Below are positions 1 to 11,100 of a stretch of DNA of 64,000 nt, piece by piece. Below the pieces are notes generated by a model. The model searched no databases and was not told the DNA's origin. It saw only the letters and a program-made list of their open reading frames with translations. The stretch spans positions 320,001-384,000 of the forward strand of contig CAWGZR010000010.1 in the NCBI GenBank assembly GCA_963827165.1. The letters are read 5' to 3'. The first letter of the stretch is position 1. The number at the start of each line of letters is the position of its first letter. Origin of the DNA: Candidatus Bathyarchaeota archaeon (GTDB lineage: Archaea; Thermoproteota; Bathyarchaeia; Bathyarchaeales; Bathycorpusculaceae). The position numbers were made by a program, and so were the translations under genes.

Positions 1-127
1 TTCTTTGCCTCATCAAACAATGTTTGAATGCGCTGCCGCGCTATTTGCTTAACGCCGGTTTGTCTCATTTAGCCTTCACAAACAAAAGATAATTTGAGAC
101 AGCTGGAACATAACATTTGTGCCTAAG

Positions 128-1015
128 TCAGCTGGTTCCCATGAGTTCAAGCTTCAAACGTTTCAGCGCTTCATTGATCTCAAGCGGTTTATTCTTCAAT
201 GCCGCCTTAGCTTTTGAGGTGTCAAGAGATGAATCCATGGGTCGTTTTGCAGGCCACTTGAATTGGGAAGCCGAAACAGGGTCTATGAGGGATTTGTCCA
301 AGTCGAAAGTTTCAGCGATTAGTTGGGCAAACTCGAATCTGCTTACCCGAGTGGCGCCGCATAGGTGAAATACTCCAGTTAAATGGCTCATGGCCGCCTC
401 CAGAGTCATCTCCGCAAGATTCGTGTTAAGCGTGGGGGTGTTCCATTGGTCGGTTACGATTTTTACGCGTTCGCCTCTTCTGAGTGCCTCGATCAGCCAG
501 AGAGCAAAGTTTACTTTCCCAGCAGCAGGAGTAGAACCGTAAATAACGCTGGGCCTACCGATAAAATGTTCGCCCTGAGCCTTAACCAGCTCTTCAGCCG
601 CAAGCTTAGTCACCCCATAATGATTAATCGGGTCAGGCTGATCCGACTCGGCATAGTTGCCTTTCTCGCCGTTAAAAACATAATCGGTTGAAATGTAAAT
701 CAAAAAAGAACTCACGTCTTTGGCTGCATACACGATGTTTCGGGTGCCTTCAACGTTGATTTTCCAAGCAAGCTCCTTGTTCAATTCGCATTTGTCAACA
801 TCTGTTAGAGTTGCTGCGTGAACTACGACATCGGGTTTAATTCGCCTAAAAGCTTCATGAACCAACTCTTTGTTTGAAACGTCAAGTTTGACAAAGGTGC
901 CGGAAACGGGCAACTCTTGAATGTCAGATGAGTAGACTTCAATGTTTCTTTCAACTGCCATCTTCGCCAGTTTGGAACCGTAGAGGCCTCTGGCTCCGGT
1001 GATGAGAAGTTTCAA
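128..1015 (-). CDS. rfbD: dTDP-4-dehydrorhamnose reductase
   Basis: LLITGARGLYG, HAATLTDVDKCE, YISTDYVF, YGVTK motifs. Probable TTG start at 1015 overlaps the rfbB stop. Confidence 0.93.
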   Translation of the reverse strand: MKLLITGARGLYGSKLAKMAVERNIEVYSSDIQELPVSGTFVKLDVSNKELVHEAFRRIKPDVVVHAATLTDVDKCELNKELAWKINVEGTRNIVYAAKDVSSFLIYISTDYVFNGEKGNYAESDQPDPINHYGVTKLAAEELVKAQGEHFIGRPSVIYGSTPAAGKVNFALWLIEALRRGERVKIVTDQWNTPTLNTNLAEMTLEAAMSHLTGVFHLCGATRVSRFEFAQLIAETFDLDKSLIDPVSASQFKWPAKRPMDSSLDTSKAKAALKNKPLEINEALKRLKLELMGTS

Positions 1016-2019
1016 TGAAAGCCACCTAGTTTCCAAGGTGTAGGATGCAGGATCACATCTGTTGCAAATGGCGTCCACCAATGCTCGTTCTCAAGGTACC
1101 AGCGAACTGTGGATTCTAGAGATTTTTCAAAGTCGCATTTTGGCTGCCAATTCAGTTTGTTTCTTATTTTTGAGGAATCCAGACTGTACCTTGTATCGTG
1201 TCCTGGACGGTCCTCGACGAAATTGATTAGGCTTTCAGGCTTGTTGAGCACTGAAAGGATTTTCTTCGCGATCTCTATGTTAGAAATTTCGTTTCCTGCT
1301 GAGACATTGTACACTTCGCCCGCCTCTCCTTTTTCGAGAACCACTTTGATTGCTTCACAATGATCTTGAACGTATATCCAGTCGCGGATGTTTTGGCCAG
1401 TTCCGTAAATTGGAATGGGAAGATCCCTCTGCGCGCGTATGATGGTTTTCGGAATAAGCTTCTCAGGCAGTTGATATGGACCGAAATTGTTGGTGCAGCG
1501 GGTAATGGATACGTTCATGTTGTAGGTTTTGCGGTAAGATAAGACAAACATGTCAGCAGCAGCTTTAGAGGCGGAGTAAGGATTCGATGGCTTAGGTGGA
1601 TCCTGCTCGGTGAACGAGCCTTCTAACGCTTCGCCGTATACCTCATCGGTTGAAACCTGCAGAAACCGAGCTTTATGGTTATGCCTGCGTATTGCTTCCA
1701 AAACCGTGAATGTGCCGACAGTGTTGTTCTGCAGAAACACGTTTGGGTCCGCGATGCTTCTGTCCACATGTGTCTCTGCTGCGATGTTGACAACCGCGTC
1801 TACTTGATGAATGAGCCTGCTGATAAGCAGGGGATTGCAGATGTCGCCTTTGATAAAAGTGTATCTTTTATCGTTTTCAACGTCATGCAGGTTAGCAGGG
1901 TTAGCGCCTATACCTATTTTGTCGACGTTTATCAATTCGTAATCAGGACATTTATCAAGGATGTATCGGCAAAAATTGCTGCCGATGAAACCTAAACCTC
2001 CAGTAACTAAGAGTTTCAT
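1012..2019 (-). CDS. rfbB: dTDP-glucose 4,6-dehydratase
   Basis: GGLGFIGSNF, AAETHVDRSI, STDEVYG, YSASK, DRPGHD motifs. Confidence 0.96.
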   Translation of the reverse strand: MKLLVTGGLGFIGSNFCRYILDKCPDYELINVDKIGIGANPANLHDVENDKRYTFIKGDICNPLLISRLIHQVDAVVNIAAETHVDRSIADPNVFLQNNTVGTFTVLEAIRRHNHKARFLQVSTDEVYGEALEGSFTEQDPPKPSNPYSASKAAADMFVLSYRKTYNMNVSITRCTNNFGPYQLPEKLIPKTIIRAQRDLPIPIYGTGQNIRDWIYVQDHCEAIKVVLEKGEAGEVYNVSAGNEISNIEIAKKILSVLNKPESLINFVEDRPGHDTRYSLDSSKIRNKLNWQPKCDFEKSLESTVRWYLENEHWWTPFATDVILHPTPWKLGGFH

Positions 2020-2028
2020 AGTTAATCC

Positions 2029-2532
2029 TCACTTGTTAGCTGGGAGATTCCAATCCCAAGCTTTACCTACACGCGCATCGGTTTTTTTGCTGTTGATAAT
2101 TTCAGGGATAAGCGAGGGGTCATTCCAAGGTCTGCGTTCCTCATCGGGATCAGTAGGGTCATACAAGTTAGTTGTGAAGTACAGCAACATCGCCGATTCA
2201 TCGCCAAGAGCCTTAAAACCATGCCAATAGTGACCTGGAATACGCACCAACTGCAGGTTCAAAGAACTTGAAATAACCTCGTTGAGTTCTTTGGTTTTGT
2301 CGTCGAAAGCGCAGATTTTTATCATTCCTTTAAGCGCTAGGAAATAGTCTATTTGTCCTCTTAGATGCCTATGCCATGCACGGATAACACCGGGATATGT
2401 CGATGAAAGATTCGCTTGAGCCACTGTATCTTCTCCGAACAAGTCTTTCCAGTCTTTGCGCATAACTTCGGTGAAAAAGCCGCGTTCATCTGGCAACCGA
2501 TTTATTGGCTTAACTCTTATCCCCGTTAACAT
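2029..2532 (-). CDS. rfbC: dTDP-4-dehydrorhamnose 3,5-epimerase family
   Basis: DERGFFTE, RAWHRH, HGF cupin motifs; operon context. Confidence 0.9.
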   Translation of the reverse strand: MLTGIRVKPINRLPDERGFFTEVMRKDWKDLFGEDTVAQANLSSTYPGVIRAWHRHLRGQIDYFLALKGMIKICAFDDKTKELNEVISSSLNLQLVRIPGHYWHGFKALGDESAMLLYFTTNLYDPTDPDEERRPWNDPSLIPEIINSKKTDARVGKAWDWNLPANK

Positions 2533-2594
2533 GACAGTGCTCCCTTGCAGTAATTCTTACGATAATATTTATAATAGTTGCTATCTCCTCAGGT

Positions 2595-3653
2595 TTAAAC
2601 TTCCAGTTCTGAGAAGTCGCCAACATGCAGTTTGATGGTTCTGCTCCTCTGGTTTTTCGTCACCTTCGCATTTTTACCAATTAAGCTGTCTTCCAGCCGC
2701 TCTATGCCTTTGACGGTAACGTTTTCTTGAATAACGCAGTATTCGATGTTAGAATCAATGACTTGCGAGCAGTTTCCAATGCTAGTGTATGGTCCGATGA
2801 AAGAGTTTTCAATCAACACTCCCCGCCCTATCACGCAGGGTCCCCGAATAGTGCTGTTTACAACTTTGGCTCCTGACTCAATCTTAACCCTGCCATCTAG
2901 TGAACTGTTCACCACTTCCCCCTGCACATCAAGCAAGATGTATTCATCCAAAATCTTCGCGTTTGCAGACAGAATGTCATCTTTTTTACCCGTATCTAGC
3001 CACCAAGAATTCAAGATTTCAGCCTTAACCTTGAAACCCATGTTTATCATTTCTTGGATTGCATCTGTGATTTCTAATTCGCCTCGCCAAGAAGGCTTTA
3101 TCCGCTCGGTTGCCAGATGGATGTTGCTTGAGAAGAGGTACGTACCGATTATGGCTAGGTTTCCCATCGGAGTTTTAGGCTTCTCCACCAACTTGAGGAT
3201 ATTTCCTTTTTCGTCAAGCTGGGCTATGCCGAAACTCGATGGATTATCAACCTCTTTGAGGATTATGAGTGCGTCAAGATGTTCGTTTTTGAATTTTTTG
3301 ACAAATGCATTTAGACCTTGACCTGTAACGTTATCGCCTAGGCACATGACAAAGGAATCATGCCCCAAAAACTGCTTAGCAGTCTTAACCGCATGAGCTA
3401 AACCCAGCGGTTCCTGAGGAATATAGGTTACATCAAGATCCCAAGCTGAACCCCCGTTCACATAATCCTTAACATATTGCCCAGTTTCAGGCGCCGTGAT
3501 TATGCCTACCTTCTTTATGGCGGTCGCAGCTACCTGGTCAAGAACGTAACCTAAGATGGGTTTGTTAGCCACCGGAATAAGCTGTTTAGCGCAAGTGAAA
3601 GTTAAAGGCCTAAGCCGGGTGCCTTTTCCTCCGCTTAGAACAAGTGCTTTCAT
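2595..3653 (-). CDS. rfbA: glucose-1-phosphate thymidylyltransferase (long form)
   Basis: LSGGKGTRLRPLT, KQLIPVANKP, RGELEITDAIQ, C-terminal hexapeptide repeats. Confidence 0.93.
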   Translation of the reverse strand: MKALVLSGGKGTRLRPLTFTCAKQLIPVANKPILGYVLDQVAATAIKKVGIITAPETGQYVKDYVNGGSAWDLDVTYIPQEPLGLAHAVKTAKQFLGHDSFVMCLGDNVTGQGLNAFVKKFKNEHLDALIILKEVDNPSSFGIAQLDEKGNILKLVEKPKTPMGNLAIIGTYLFSSNIHLATERIKPSWRGELEITDAIQEMINMGFKVKAEILNSWWLDTGKKDDILSANAKILDEYILLDVQGEVVNSSLDGRVKIESGAKVVNSTIRGPCVIGRGVLIENSFIGPYTSIGNCSQVIDSNIEYCVIQENVTVKGIERLEDSLIGKNAKVTKNQRSRTIKLHVGDFSELEV

Positions 3654-4062
3654 ATCAATCCCTGCATTGAGTTAGTTCAATTTATGACTTGGGTTTTCCA
3701 CTTAAAGGTTACGTAAAAGTTAGCTTGTGATTGTATCGTTGCAAACACATAATCGTATTAACATTGAAGAGAATAACAGTTTAGAGATCGCTAATTCTAA
3801 TCGGGTGAACAACCAAAATGCAAACCCAACTAAAAATTCAGGTAAACCATCATTTTGCGAAACTTGCAAGTAAATGTAAATTCGCTGACTCTTGCAGTCT
3901 ATTCTCCAATTCAAGCTCCACCTGCTCAGAAGGCGGGGGAACCTACTGCGGCAAATACAGAACGCTGACCAGAATGACGGGAGATAGAACTGCCAATTCA
4001 ACTCAACGGAAATTCATGGAAGATTACGCAATCCATCAAAGTTTGCCAACCGATGTGTTTGG

Positions 4063-5676
4063 CTAATTCTCGCTTGGTTTATTTGATTTAGATGCGCCTG
4101 TCATTTTTTCTACGACGTTGAGCACCAAACGTAAGGGTCTGCGAAGAGGACCTAGTGCGCCAGTAATTTGGCGGAGACTTGCTACATCATCTTTGTCAAT
4201 AGTTCGTGTTATTGTTGCGACCAAAATGAAAATTATGACAAAAGCAACAACACCGATGATTAGTTGTTGCAAAGTAACTGACACGAACAAAAACTTGGTA
4301 AGAGGTATTTTTGAAATTAGAATGTAGGTTGATACAGAAGTTATGGCTGAAGAAAGCACAATCTTGGCGGAAGACAGCCAATTCACTGAAACCCCAAATC
4401 GCTTTTTAATGATGACGAGTCCTACGAATAAACTTGGAAGACCTACAGTTAAGGAAGACGCGATTAAACCTATTACGCCGAATTGGGATATTAACAGAAA
4501 ATAAACTGGAAAACCAACTCCCACTTGGAGGACAGATAGGCCCATGTTGAGTCGTGTGAAGCCTTGCCCCAGCAGTAAATTGCTTATGCTTAAGCTTCCC
4601 AAAGCAGTATAAAGATAAGTAACTGAAATCAACGCCAAAAACAATGGGGCCGAAGCATAACTGTTGTGGTAAATAAATCCGATGCCGGGCTTTGCAAGCG
4701 CAATCACCAATGCTGTAACGGGCACGACAATAAGAGAAGCATACTTCACTGAATATTGAAATACGTTTTTCAGAGTCTCACGATCTTTCCGGTAATCCAA
4801 CTTGGAAAAAGCGGGGAACAGCATGGTTGTAACCGGGGTTGCAAAGAAAGTGATTAGAACCGAGAAAGCCACCGCTAAATTGTAGTTCCCGATGGCGGCA
4901 TTGTCTGTTATGTAAAATGCAAGTATGTAACTGGAAAATACCGTAAGTAACCCCGTGAGTATAGTAGCTATCGAAACAGGTATACCGTATCTCAACATGG
5001 TCTTGATTGTCGAAAAGACTTCAGTTTTTGAGTTTGCTGACTTAGGCAACAACCTGTAAATGGTCCACACCAGGATCACGCCGGTTGACCCGGCAATCAA
5101 GGCGGAAACGGTGTAACCCGTTATTGCTCCAAGAGTTCCAAAACCTAATAGTACAAGCCCGATTATCAAACCAGTTTTAATGGTTGACTGAATTATCAGC
5201 ATAAAGCTGTAATAATGCATTATTTCCAATCCAGTGAACGCGGCAGTTGCGGTGTTAACAAGTGCCCCCGCCAAGATGAAAAAGGATGCGATCTGAATTA
5301 ACGGAACTATTGTGGGGCGATGCAGGCTTGAGGCTATAAAAGGGGAAAGGGCGAATGACAGAATAGAAAGCGACAAGCCCAAGATGATCTCAAAAATCAA
5401 GCCCGAGACGATAATGCTTCGTATTTTCTCTTTGTTTTCAACGTTGTACTGTGCCGAGTACTTAACCATCGCTGAGTTAACTCCGCAGTCCCGGAACGTG
5501 GCGATCAACGAAGGTCCGACGATTGCGATTGAGTATAAACCATAGTTTTGTGCACCCAGAATGTAAGTAATGGCTAATATGCCTACAAAAGAGATGACTG
5601 TAGAGGCAACTAAACCCCACATAAGGTTGAAGCCGCCTTTCGCTGAAACCCGCGCCATCTCTGAAGCTTTGCTCAT
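4063..5676 (-). CDS. oligosaccharide flippase (Wzx/MOP family)
   Basis: 537 aa with many TM helices; LGAQNYGLY and MLFPAFS motifs; glycan cluster context. Confidence 0.85.
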   Translation of the reverse strand: MSKASEMARVSAKGGFNLMWGLVASTVISFVGILAITYILGAQNYGLYSIAIVGPSLIATFRDCGVNSAMVKYSAQYNVENKEKIRSIIVSGLIFEIILGLSLSILSFALSPFIASSLHRPTIVPLIQIASFFILAGALVNTATAAFTGLEIMHYYSFMLIIQSTIKTGLIIGLVLLGFGTLGAITGYTVSALIAGSTGVILVWTIYRLLPKSANSKTEVFSTIKTMLRYGIPVSIATILTGLLTVFSSYILAFYITDNAAIGNYNLAVAFSVLITFFATPVTTMLFPAFSKLDYRKDRETLKNVFQYSVKYASLIVVPVTALVIALAKPGIGFIYHNSYASAPLFLALISVTYLYTALGSLSISNLLLGQGFTRLNMGLSVLQVGVGFPVYFLLISQFGVIGLIASSLTVGLPSLFVGLVIIKKRFGVSVNWLSSAKIVLSSAITSVSTYILISKIPLTKFLFVSVTLQQLIIGVVAFVIIFILVATITRTIDKDDVASLRQITGALGPLRRPLRLVLNVVEKMTGASKSNKPSEN

Positions 5677-5874
5677 GAATTAATCCCAAGTCTGCGCTTA
5701 AACGTAAAGTTAAATTACCGATTGGGAGCACTTGCGTTTATCACTTTTGGTCCACCACTCCAAATGAAAAGCCCCAGACTTAAAGAACAAATGATTTAAC
5801 ACCGCGCCAGAAGTGTCTTTTCCATAAATTTTCAGCTGGTTCAACCGTGGATTATGGCATCGCTCGACCTTTCG

Positions 5875-7218
5875 TCAGGTGCCTAAGCCTAATGCGACGA
5901 ATTTGAGTTTCTTGCTGAATTTCTCGGCATCGTATATTCGTCTTCCATCCACGAGTATAGGCTGCTTCATGTTTTCAACGTAGTCTTCAGGAGTTAATTT
6001 TTGAAATTCACTCCATTCGGTAACTATTATAGCGCAATCTGCTTTTTTGATGCAGTCAAGCGCCGAAGCGGCATAACTTATTTTGTCGTCGAAAATTGAT
6101 TTTGCAGTTTGCGAGGCGACCGGGTCATAGGCTGTCACGTTTGCCCCTTCTTTCAACAATTGGTTTACTATGGGAACAACTCGGGCTTCTCTCATGTCGT
6201 CAGTGTCGGGCTTGAACGCTAAACCCAAAATTGCAATTTTCTTGCCTTTCAAGTTGCCTAGTTGTTGTTTGCAGAATTCTACGGCTTTGAGAGGCTGGGT
6301 GTGGTTTACGTTTTCGACCGATTCCAAAAGTTCAGGGGTATATCCCATGTTTTTTGAGCAAGCAACTAAGGCTTTTACGTCTTTAGGGAAGCATGAGCCG
6401 CCGTAGCCCAAGCCCGCATCCAAAAATAGAGGCCCTATGCGTTTGTCTAGACCCATCGCTGCCGCCACGACTTTAACGTCTGCACCGGGGATTTTTTCGC
6501 AAATGTTGGCGATGGTGTTGATGAAACTGATTTTGGTTGCTAGCATGGCGTTGCTGGCGTATTTGATGAGTTCAGCTGTCGAGAGGGTGGCTCTAATCAG
6601 GGGCGGCATCTTAGCGCTGTAAAAATCTTTGTACAGATCTTCCAAAGCGTCGCCTGACCGCTTATCAAACGAACCTATAACAACTCGATCAGCATTAACC
6701 GTATCTTGGAACGCTGAACCTTGACGCAGAAACTCTGGATTCATGCATAGGCCGAACTGTGCCCCGCAGGTTTTGAGCGATTCCGACTCAAGTATAGGTT
6801 TCACCGTGTTCTGAGTCGTTCCCGGGATAACGGTGCTTTTGACAATTGTGACGTGATAATTGTTTTTTTGCTTTAGTGCTTTGCCTATATCGTGTGCGGC
6901 TGACGCTATGTATTTGAGATCTATGCAGCCATCGTCCTTACTAGGGGTCCCGACAGTTACAAAAGTCAAGTCTGAATCTATAACGGCTTTTTCCGTTTGA
7001 TTAACAACACATTTCAAATTGCCCCCCTCAATACTGACCTTGAGTTTTTCCTGAAGGCCAGGCTCGTGAAAAGGTGGGATTCCCTGATTGATTTTTCTTG
7101 ATTTTTCCTCGTCCACTTCGCAGGCGGTGACGTTGTAACCTTTGCTTGAGAACCCAACAGCTGTGCACAAGCCCACGTAACCTGCGCCTATGATGGAGAT
7201 TTTCGGTTGATTTTTCAA
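5875..7218 (-). CDS. ugd: UDP-glucose 6-dehydrogenase
   Basis: GAGYVG, NPEFLRQG, GYGGSCFPKD, GLAFKPDTDDMRE motifs. Confidence 0.93.
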   Translation of the reverse strand: MKNQPKISIIGAGYVGLCTAVGFSSKGYNVTACEVDEEKSRKINQGIPPFHEPGLQEKLKVSIEGGNLKCVVNQTEKAVIDSDLTFVTVGTPSKDDGCIDLKYIASAAHDIGKALKQKNNYHVTIVKSTVIPGTTQNTVKPILESESLKTCGAQFGLCMNPEFLRQGSAFQDTVNADRVVIGSFDKRSGDALEDLYKDFYSAKMPPLIRATLSTAELIKYASNAMLATKISFINTIANICEKIPGADVKVVAAAMGLDKRIGPLFLDAGLGYGGSCFPKDVKALVACSKNMGYTPELLESVENVNHTQPLKAVEFCKQQLGNLKGKKIAILGLAFKPDTDDMREARVVPIVNQLLKEGANVTAYDPVASQTAKSIFDDKISYAASALDCIKKADCAIIVTEWSEFQKLTPEDYVENMKQPILVDGRRIYDAEKFSKKLKFVALGLGT

Positions 7219-7261
7219 AGGGCTAAACCTCGATGAAAGGTAGATTTGAATTTAATAATCG

Positions 7262-7276
7262 GGTTAAATATATATG
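7262..7276. promoter_or_regulatory. TATA-like box between divergent ugd and galU
   Basis: TTAAATATATA in a 95-bp divergent intergenic gap. Confidence 0.5.
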
Positions 7277-7313
7277 GGTTCATGCTAAAAGAGAAAAGGC
7301 AAGGTGAGGCTCA

Positions 7314-8187
7314 GTGATCCGTAAGGTTATTGTCCCAGCGGCAGGGTTGGGCACCCGGCTGTTTCCAGCCACGAAAGAGCAGCCTAAAGAGATGCTGCCG
7401 ATATTCACAAAGACACCTCAGGGCGACCTGGTGGTGAAACCTGTTGTGCAACTGGTTTTTGAGCAATTGTACGATGCTGGACTACGCGAGTTCTGTTACG
7501 TTGTAGGTAGAGGAAAACGAGGAATTGAGGACCATTTTACCCCTGATGAACACTGCATAAAAACATTGGAAAGCCAAGGAAAAAACGGGCAAGCCTTTGA
7601 TCTTGAAAACTTTTATGATAAGCTTAATTCATCCACGACAATGTGGGTCAATCAGCCTGAAGCCTAAAGGGTTCGGCAACGCAGTTTTGATGGCGCAACC
7701 ATTCGTTGAGAACGAAAGTTGCCTAGTTCATGCAGGTGACAGCTGCATAATTTCGAAAGACATGGATTATTTGAAAAAGTTGATTAACGCTTTTGAGAGA
7801 CTAAATGCTGACGCCGCCTTCCTGGTTTTGGACATTGAGAATCCCAAAGCAATACGGAATCGTTGAAGGCGACGAAGTAGAGCCTGGAATAATTCGCGTT
7901 AAGTCAGTGGTTGAGAAACCAGAGAAACCAAAGACACACTGGGCAATAATGGCCATGTACGCCTTCAAACCAGCAATCTTTAAAGCATTGGAAACAACAA
8001 AGCCCGGAAAGAACGGCGAAATCCAGCTTACCGACGCAATCCAGAAACTGATTGACTTGGGATTCAAAAGTTTACGCAGTAAAACTCGACAGAAGCTACT
8101 CACATATGGATATTGGCAGTCCAGAGAGATATTGGCAGGCTTTAGAATTGTCGCATCAACAGTTTTGTGAGGAGACCGAATTTATGA
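7314..8187 (+). CDS. galU: UTP--glucose-1-phosphate uridylyltransferase, split by about 3 frameshifts
   Basis: PAAGLGTRLFPATKEQPKEMLP; PKGFGNAV; VEKP; GEIQLTDAI; DIGSPERY spread over four overlapping ORFs. Confidence 0.85.
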
Positions 8188-9205
8188 TGGACAACATAAT
8201 CAAAGAAGACCTTGAAAAGATAAGTAACATTGTCAAAGGAGACGCTTTCGCAGGAAAAAAGAGTACTGGTCACAGGTGGGGCAGGGTTTATCGGCAGTTG
8301 GCTTTGCGATGTTCTGATTGGTTTTGGCTGCTTACGTGACTGCAGTCGATGATTTATCTACTGGAAGACTGAAAAACATCGACCATTTAAACGAAAAATC
8401 ATCTTTCCAGTTTGTAAAATCTGATATTTGCACGTTCAAGAGTAAAGAAAAGTTTGATTTCATTTTTCATATGGCTGGGCACGCGTCTCCCGATGAGTAT
8501 CAAACGCATCCGATTGAGACTTTGCAAACAAGCGCTTTAGGAAGCTTCGCCATGGCGGAGCTTGCAAGGAAAAATGATGCGACGTTGCTGTTTGCTTCCA
8601 CCTCGGAAGTTTATGGTGACGCAGAGGTTATTCCAACGCCTGAGAGTTACTGGGGAAAAGTCAACCCGATCGGACCACGGTCTTGCTATGATGAGGGAAA
8701 ACGTTTTGCCGAAGCTCTTCTCATCGCGTACAGTAAACAGCACGGACTCGATGTGAGGATCCCAAGAATCTTTAATTCTTATGGCCCCCGTTTGCGTGAG
8801 GACGGCTTGTACGGCAGGGCTATGTCACGGTTTATTTTGCAGGCGCAAACTAATCAGCCAATCACCGTTTATGGCGACGGAAAGCAGACTAGGTCTTTTT
8901 GTTACATAACGGATACAGTAACAGCATTAATGTTATTAATGACAAATATGAAGGCAAAGAGTGAAGTTGTAAACATCGGCAACACAAAAGAAATCACAAT
9001 ACTTGAGTTGGCAAAAAAAGTTCAAGAAATAACAAAATGCAAGTCAAACATAGAATTCCGACCTCTACCTAAGGATGACCCGAAAAGACGCTGCCCAGAC
9101 GTGAGCAAACTTGAGAAGACTTGCTGGGTGGAAACCAAACATGAGTTTTGCAAAGGGGCTGAAAAGAACGGTAGAGTGGTTTTCGGAAAAGAAGCAAGCT
9201 ACTAA
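8184..9205 (+). CDS. UDP-glucuronate decarboxylase (Uxs-like SDR), frameshifted
   Basis: gtcacaggtggggcagggtttatcggc = VTGGAGFIG; ASTSEVYGD, GPRSCYDEGKR, QTRSFCY, DDPKRRCPD. Confidence 0.85.
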
Positions 9206-9217
9206 TGTGGCTTAATT

Positions 9218-9757
9218 TCAGATCCTAAGATTTTTTAGGTAGTCGATTATTTTTAGGTAATCTTCAGCTGAAACGTACCAGCCGCTGGCACGCATTTCTT
9301 TAACTTTCTCTACTAGCTTTTCCTTGTTGATTCTTCCGGTTCCAAAGATTTTGCCCAAAATGTATCCCGTCCCGTGAAGTTCAATTCCTAGAATCCTTGC
9401 GACGGATCGGGCAACTTGGTCGTCGGCTATAGCTATCCCATTCAGCTCCTTAGTCAAGCAGAGAACCTCGGCTTCCGCCTCATGCAACGGGTGCATTTTA
9501 CTTTCTGCAGCCATTTCCGTCACGTAATTGAGGTATCCTTTGTCGCTTATGTTGTGGACCTTGATTATTTCCTCTTTGAATAATGTTTCTAAAACAGATG
9601 CTTCGGGCGCTTTTTTCTTTTTGCCTTCGCGAACTACCTCTTCAAACACGCTAGCTGTGGTGAATTTTTGTTCTGAGACGTCTTTGAGGAGCGCTGCTAA
9701 AGAAGATTTTGCCAGGTAAATTAGGGGGGTTGAGTCGAAGACCAACGGTTTAGGCAT
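9218..9757 (-). CDS. PIN-domain (DUF3368-like) VapC-type toxin
   Basis: VFDSTPLIYL, LHEAEAEVL, ADDQVAR, HGTGYIL motifs. Confidence 0.8.
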   Translation of the reverse strand: MPKPLVFDSTPLIYLAKSSLAALLKDVSEQKFTTASVFEEVVREGKKKKAPEASVLETLFKEEIIKVHNISDKGYLNYVTEMAAESKMHPLHEAEAEVLCLTKELNGIAIADDQVARSVARILGIELHGTGYILGKIFGTGRINKEKLVEKVKEMRASGWYVSAEDYLKIIDYLKNLRI

Positions 9758-10074
9758 TATTGTTCCTTCAAGGCTTTTTCGAAGTCTTCGCGGAAGTCCT
9801 CATATGAGTACTGGAAAGAAATTTTTCTTTGCCGTACTATCTCCATCATTTCCCAGAGGGATAAACCTGCGATCTTCGAAGCTTTCCAAAGGGTTACTTT
9901 TCCGCCGCTATAGAGCGTTAATGCCCTTTCGAGTTTCCTGTCTGCAATTGCCTTTGCTAAGAGTTTTCTGACGACAGTGGCACGGTCTGCTTTTTCTTCT
10001 TTTTCGATTTCTTCTATGTCTTCAGCCATGTCTTCAGGAACCCGTGTTGAGATTATTTCTGTCATTGTCTTCAC
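9757..10074 (-). CDS. UPF0175-family antitoxin (RHH + HTH)
   Basis: ISTRVPED...VTLWKASKIAGLSLWEMM; stop codon overlaps the PIN gene start. Confidence 0.8.
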   Translation of the reverse strand: MKTMTEIISTRVPEDMAEDIEEIEKEEKADRATVVRKLLAKAIADRKLERALTLYSGGKVTLWKASKIAGLSLWEMMEIVRQRKISFQYSYEDFREDFEKALKEQ

Positions 10075-10299
10075 TGTTTACAATAACATGTATACGATAC
10101 GTATAAATGTTTACGAGAAACAAAACGCAAATCAACCACATAATTTCGCTCAAGTAAATACGTCACTTTTTAGGTTCTGGATTGAAAAGTATGTTTTTTT
10201 GCCTCTTTACGTAGGGGGATTATTGGCGATTTTGAATTGACTATAATATCAACAATGTCAGTAACGGTTAATGTTGTTGATGATAAGCCCATGGACCAG

Positions 10300-10534
10300 A
10301 GAAGAAGATGTGAACGTTGGTAACAATCAAGAAGCCACCACCCTCGAGCTCACGAAGAAAGTTAAAGCAGCCAAATACAAATCAACCACAGAATTTAATC
10401 CGTTGCCGAAGGATGATCCGAAAAGACGTTGCCCAAACACAGACAAACTTGGCAAACTTGTTGGGTTGAAACGGACAATCAGCTTAGAGACAGGGCTAAA
10501 AAGAACTGTTGCTTGGTTCGCTCAAAATCTTTAG
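10300..10534 (+). pseudogene. orphan 3' fragment of a UDP-glucuronate decarboxylase gene
   Basis: VNVGNNQEATTLEL...PLPKDDPKRRCPN...LETGLKRTVAWF, paralogous to the C-terminus encoded at ~8965-9190. Confidence 0.8.
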
Positions 10535-11100
10535 CAATAATAGAGAGAAACGCCAAAAAGCTTGCTTTTTTGAATAAATCACAAAATACAAATCCTTAAA
10601 AGGTGGAAATAAAGCTGGGCTGAAAATCTTTTTTTAGTTGTTTGTTGCTGGTATGAGTCTAGTAATAAGGTATTGAAGTCCGAACGGTTTTGTTTTATTT
10701 ATCACGGTTAGTTTACTTCAGCTTAATTTTTGGGCTTCGGTGTTGTTTAAATGGGTAACAATGGAAAAGCACCTTTGGAATATGGGACAGCTTGCGACAA
10801 CTATTGTAATGTTTGAAATGGTTGGGTTCTCGATTTCAACAATTAGTTTGGCTCTCCAAATAGACAAAGAGAAACCTAAGAGTCCCATTTGTAACAAGAA
10901 GTTATTTCAAAATGTGCAAAGTAAAACTATGGCACTGGTAAAGCCCGAGAAATGTAAGACCATCGCAGAAATTTCGTCTTTCACCTCAAATACTTATCAA
11001 TTAATACATTAATGCAAAAACACTGTTTGCTTCTACTATTAGTGGTTCGTAATTATACCATTTTTGTTAAAATAACTATGAAAAAACTTTCAGAATTTTT

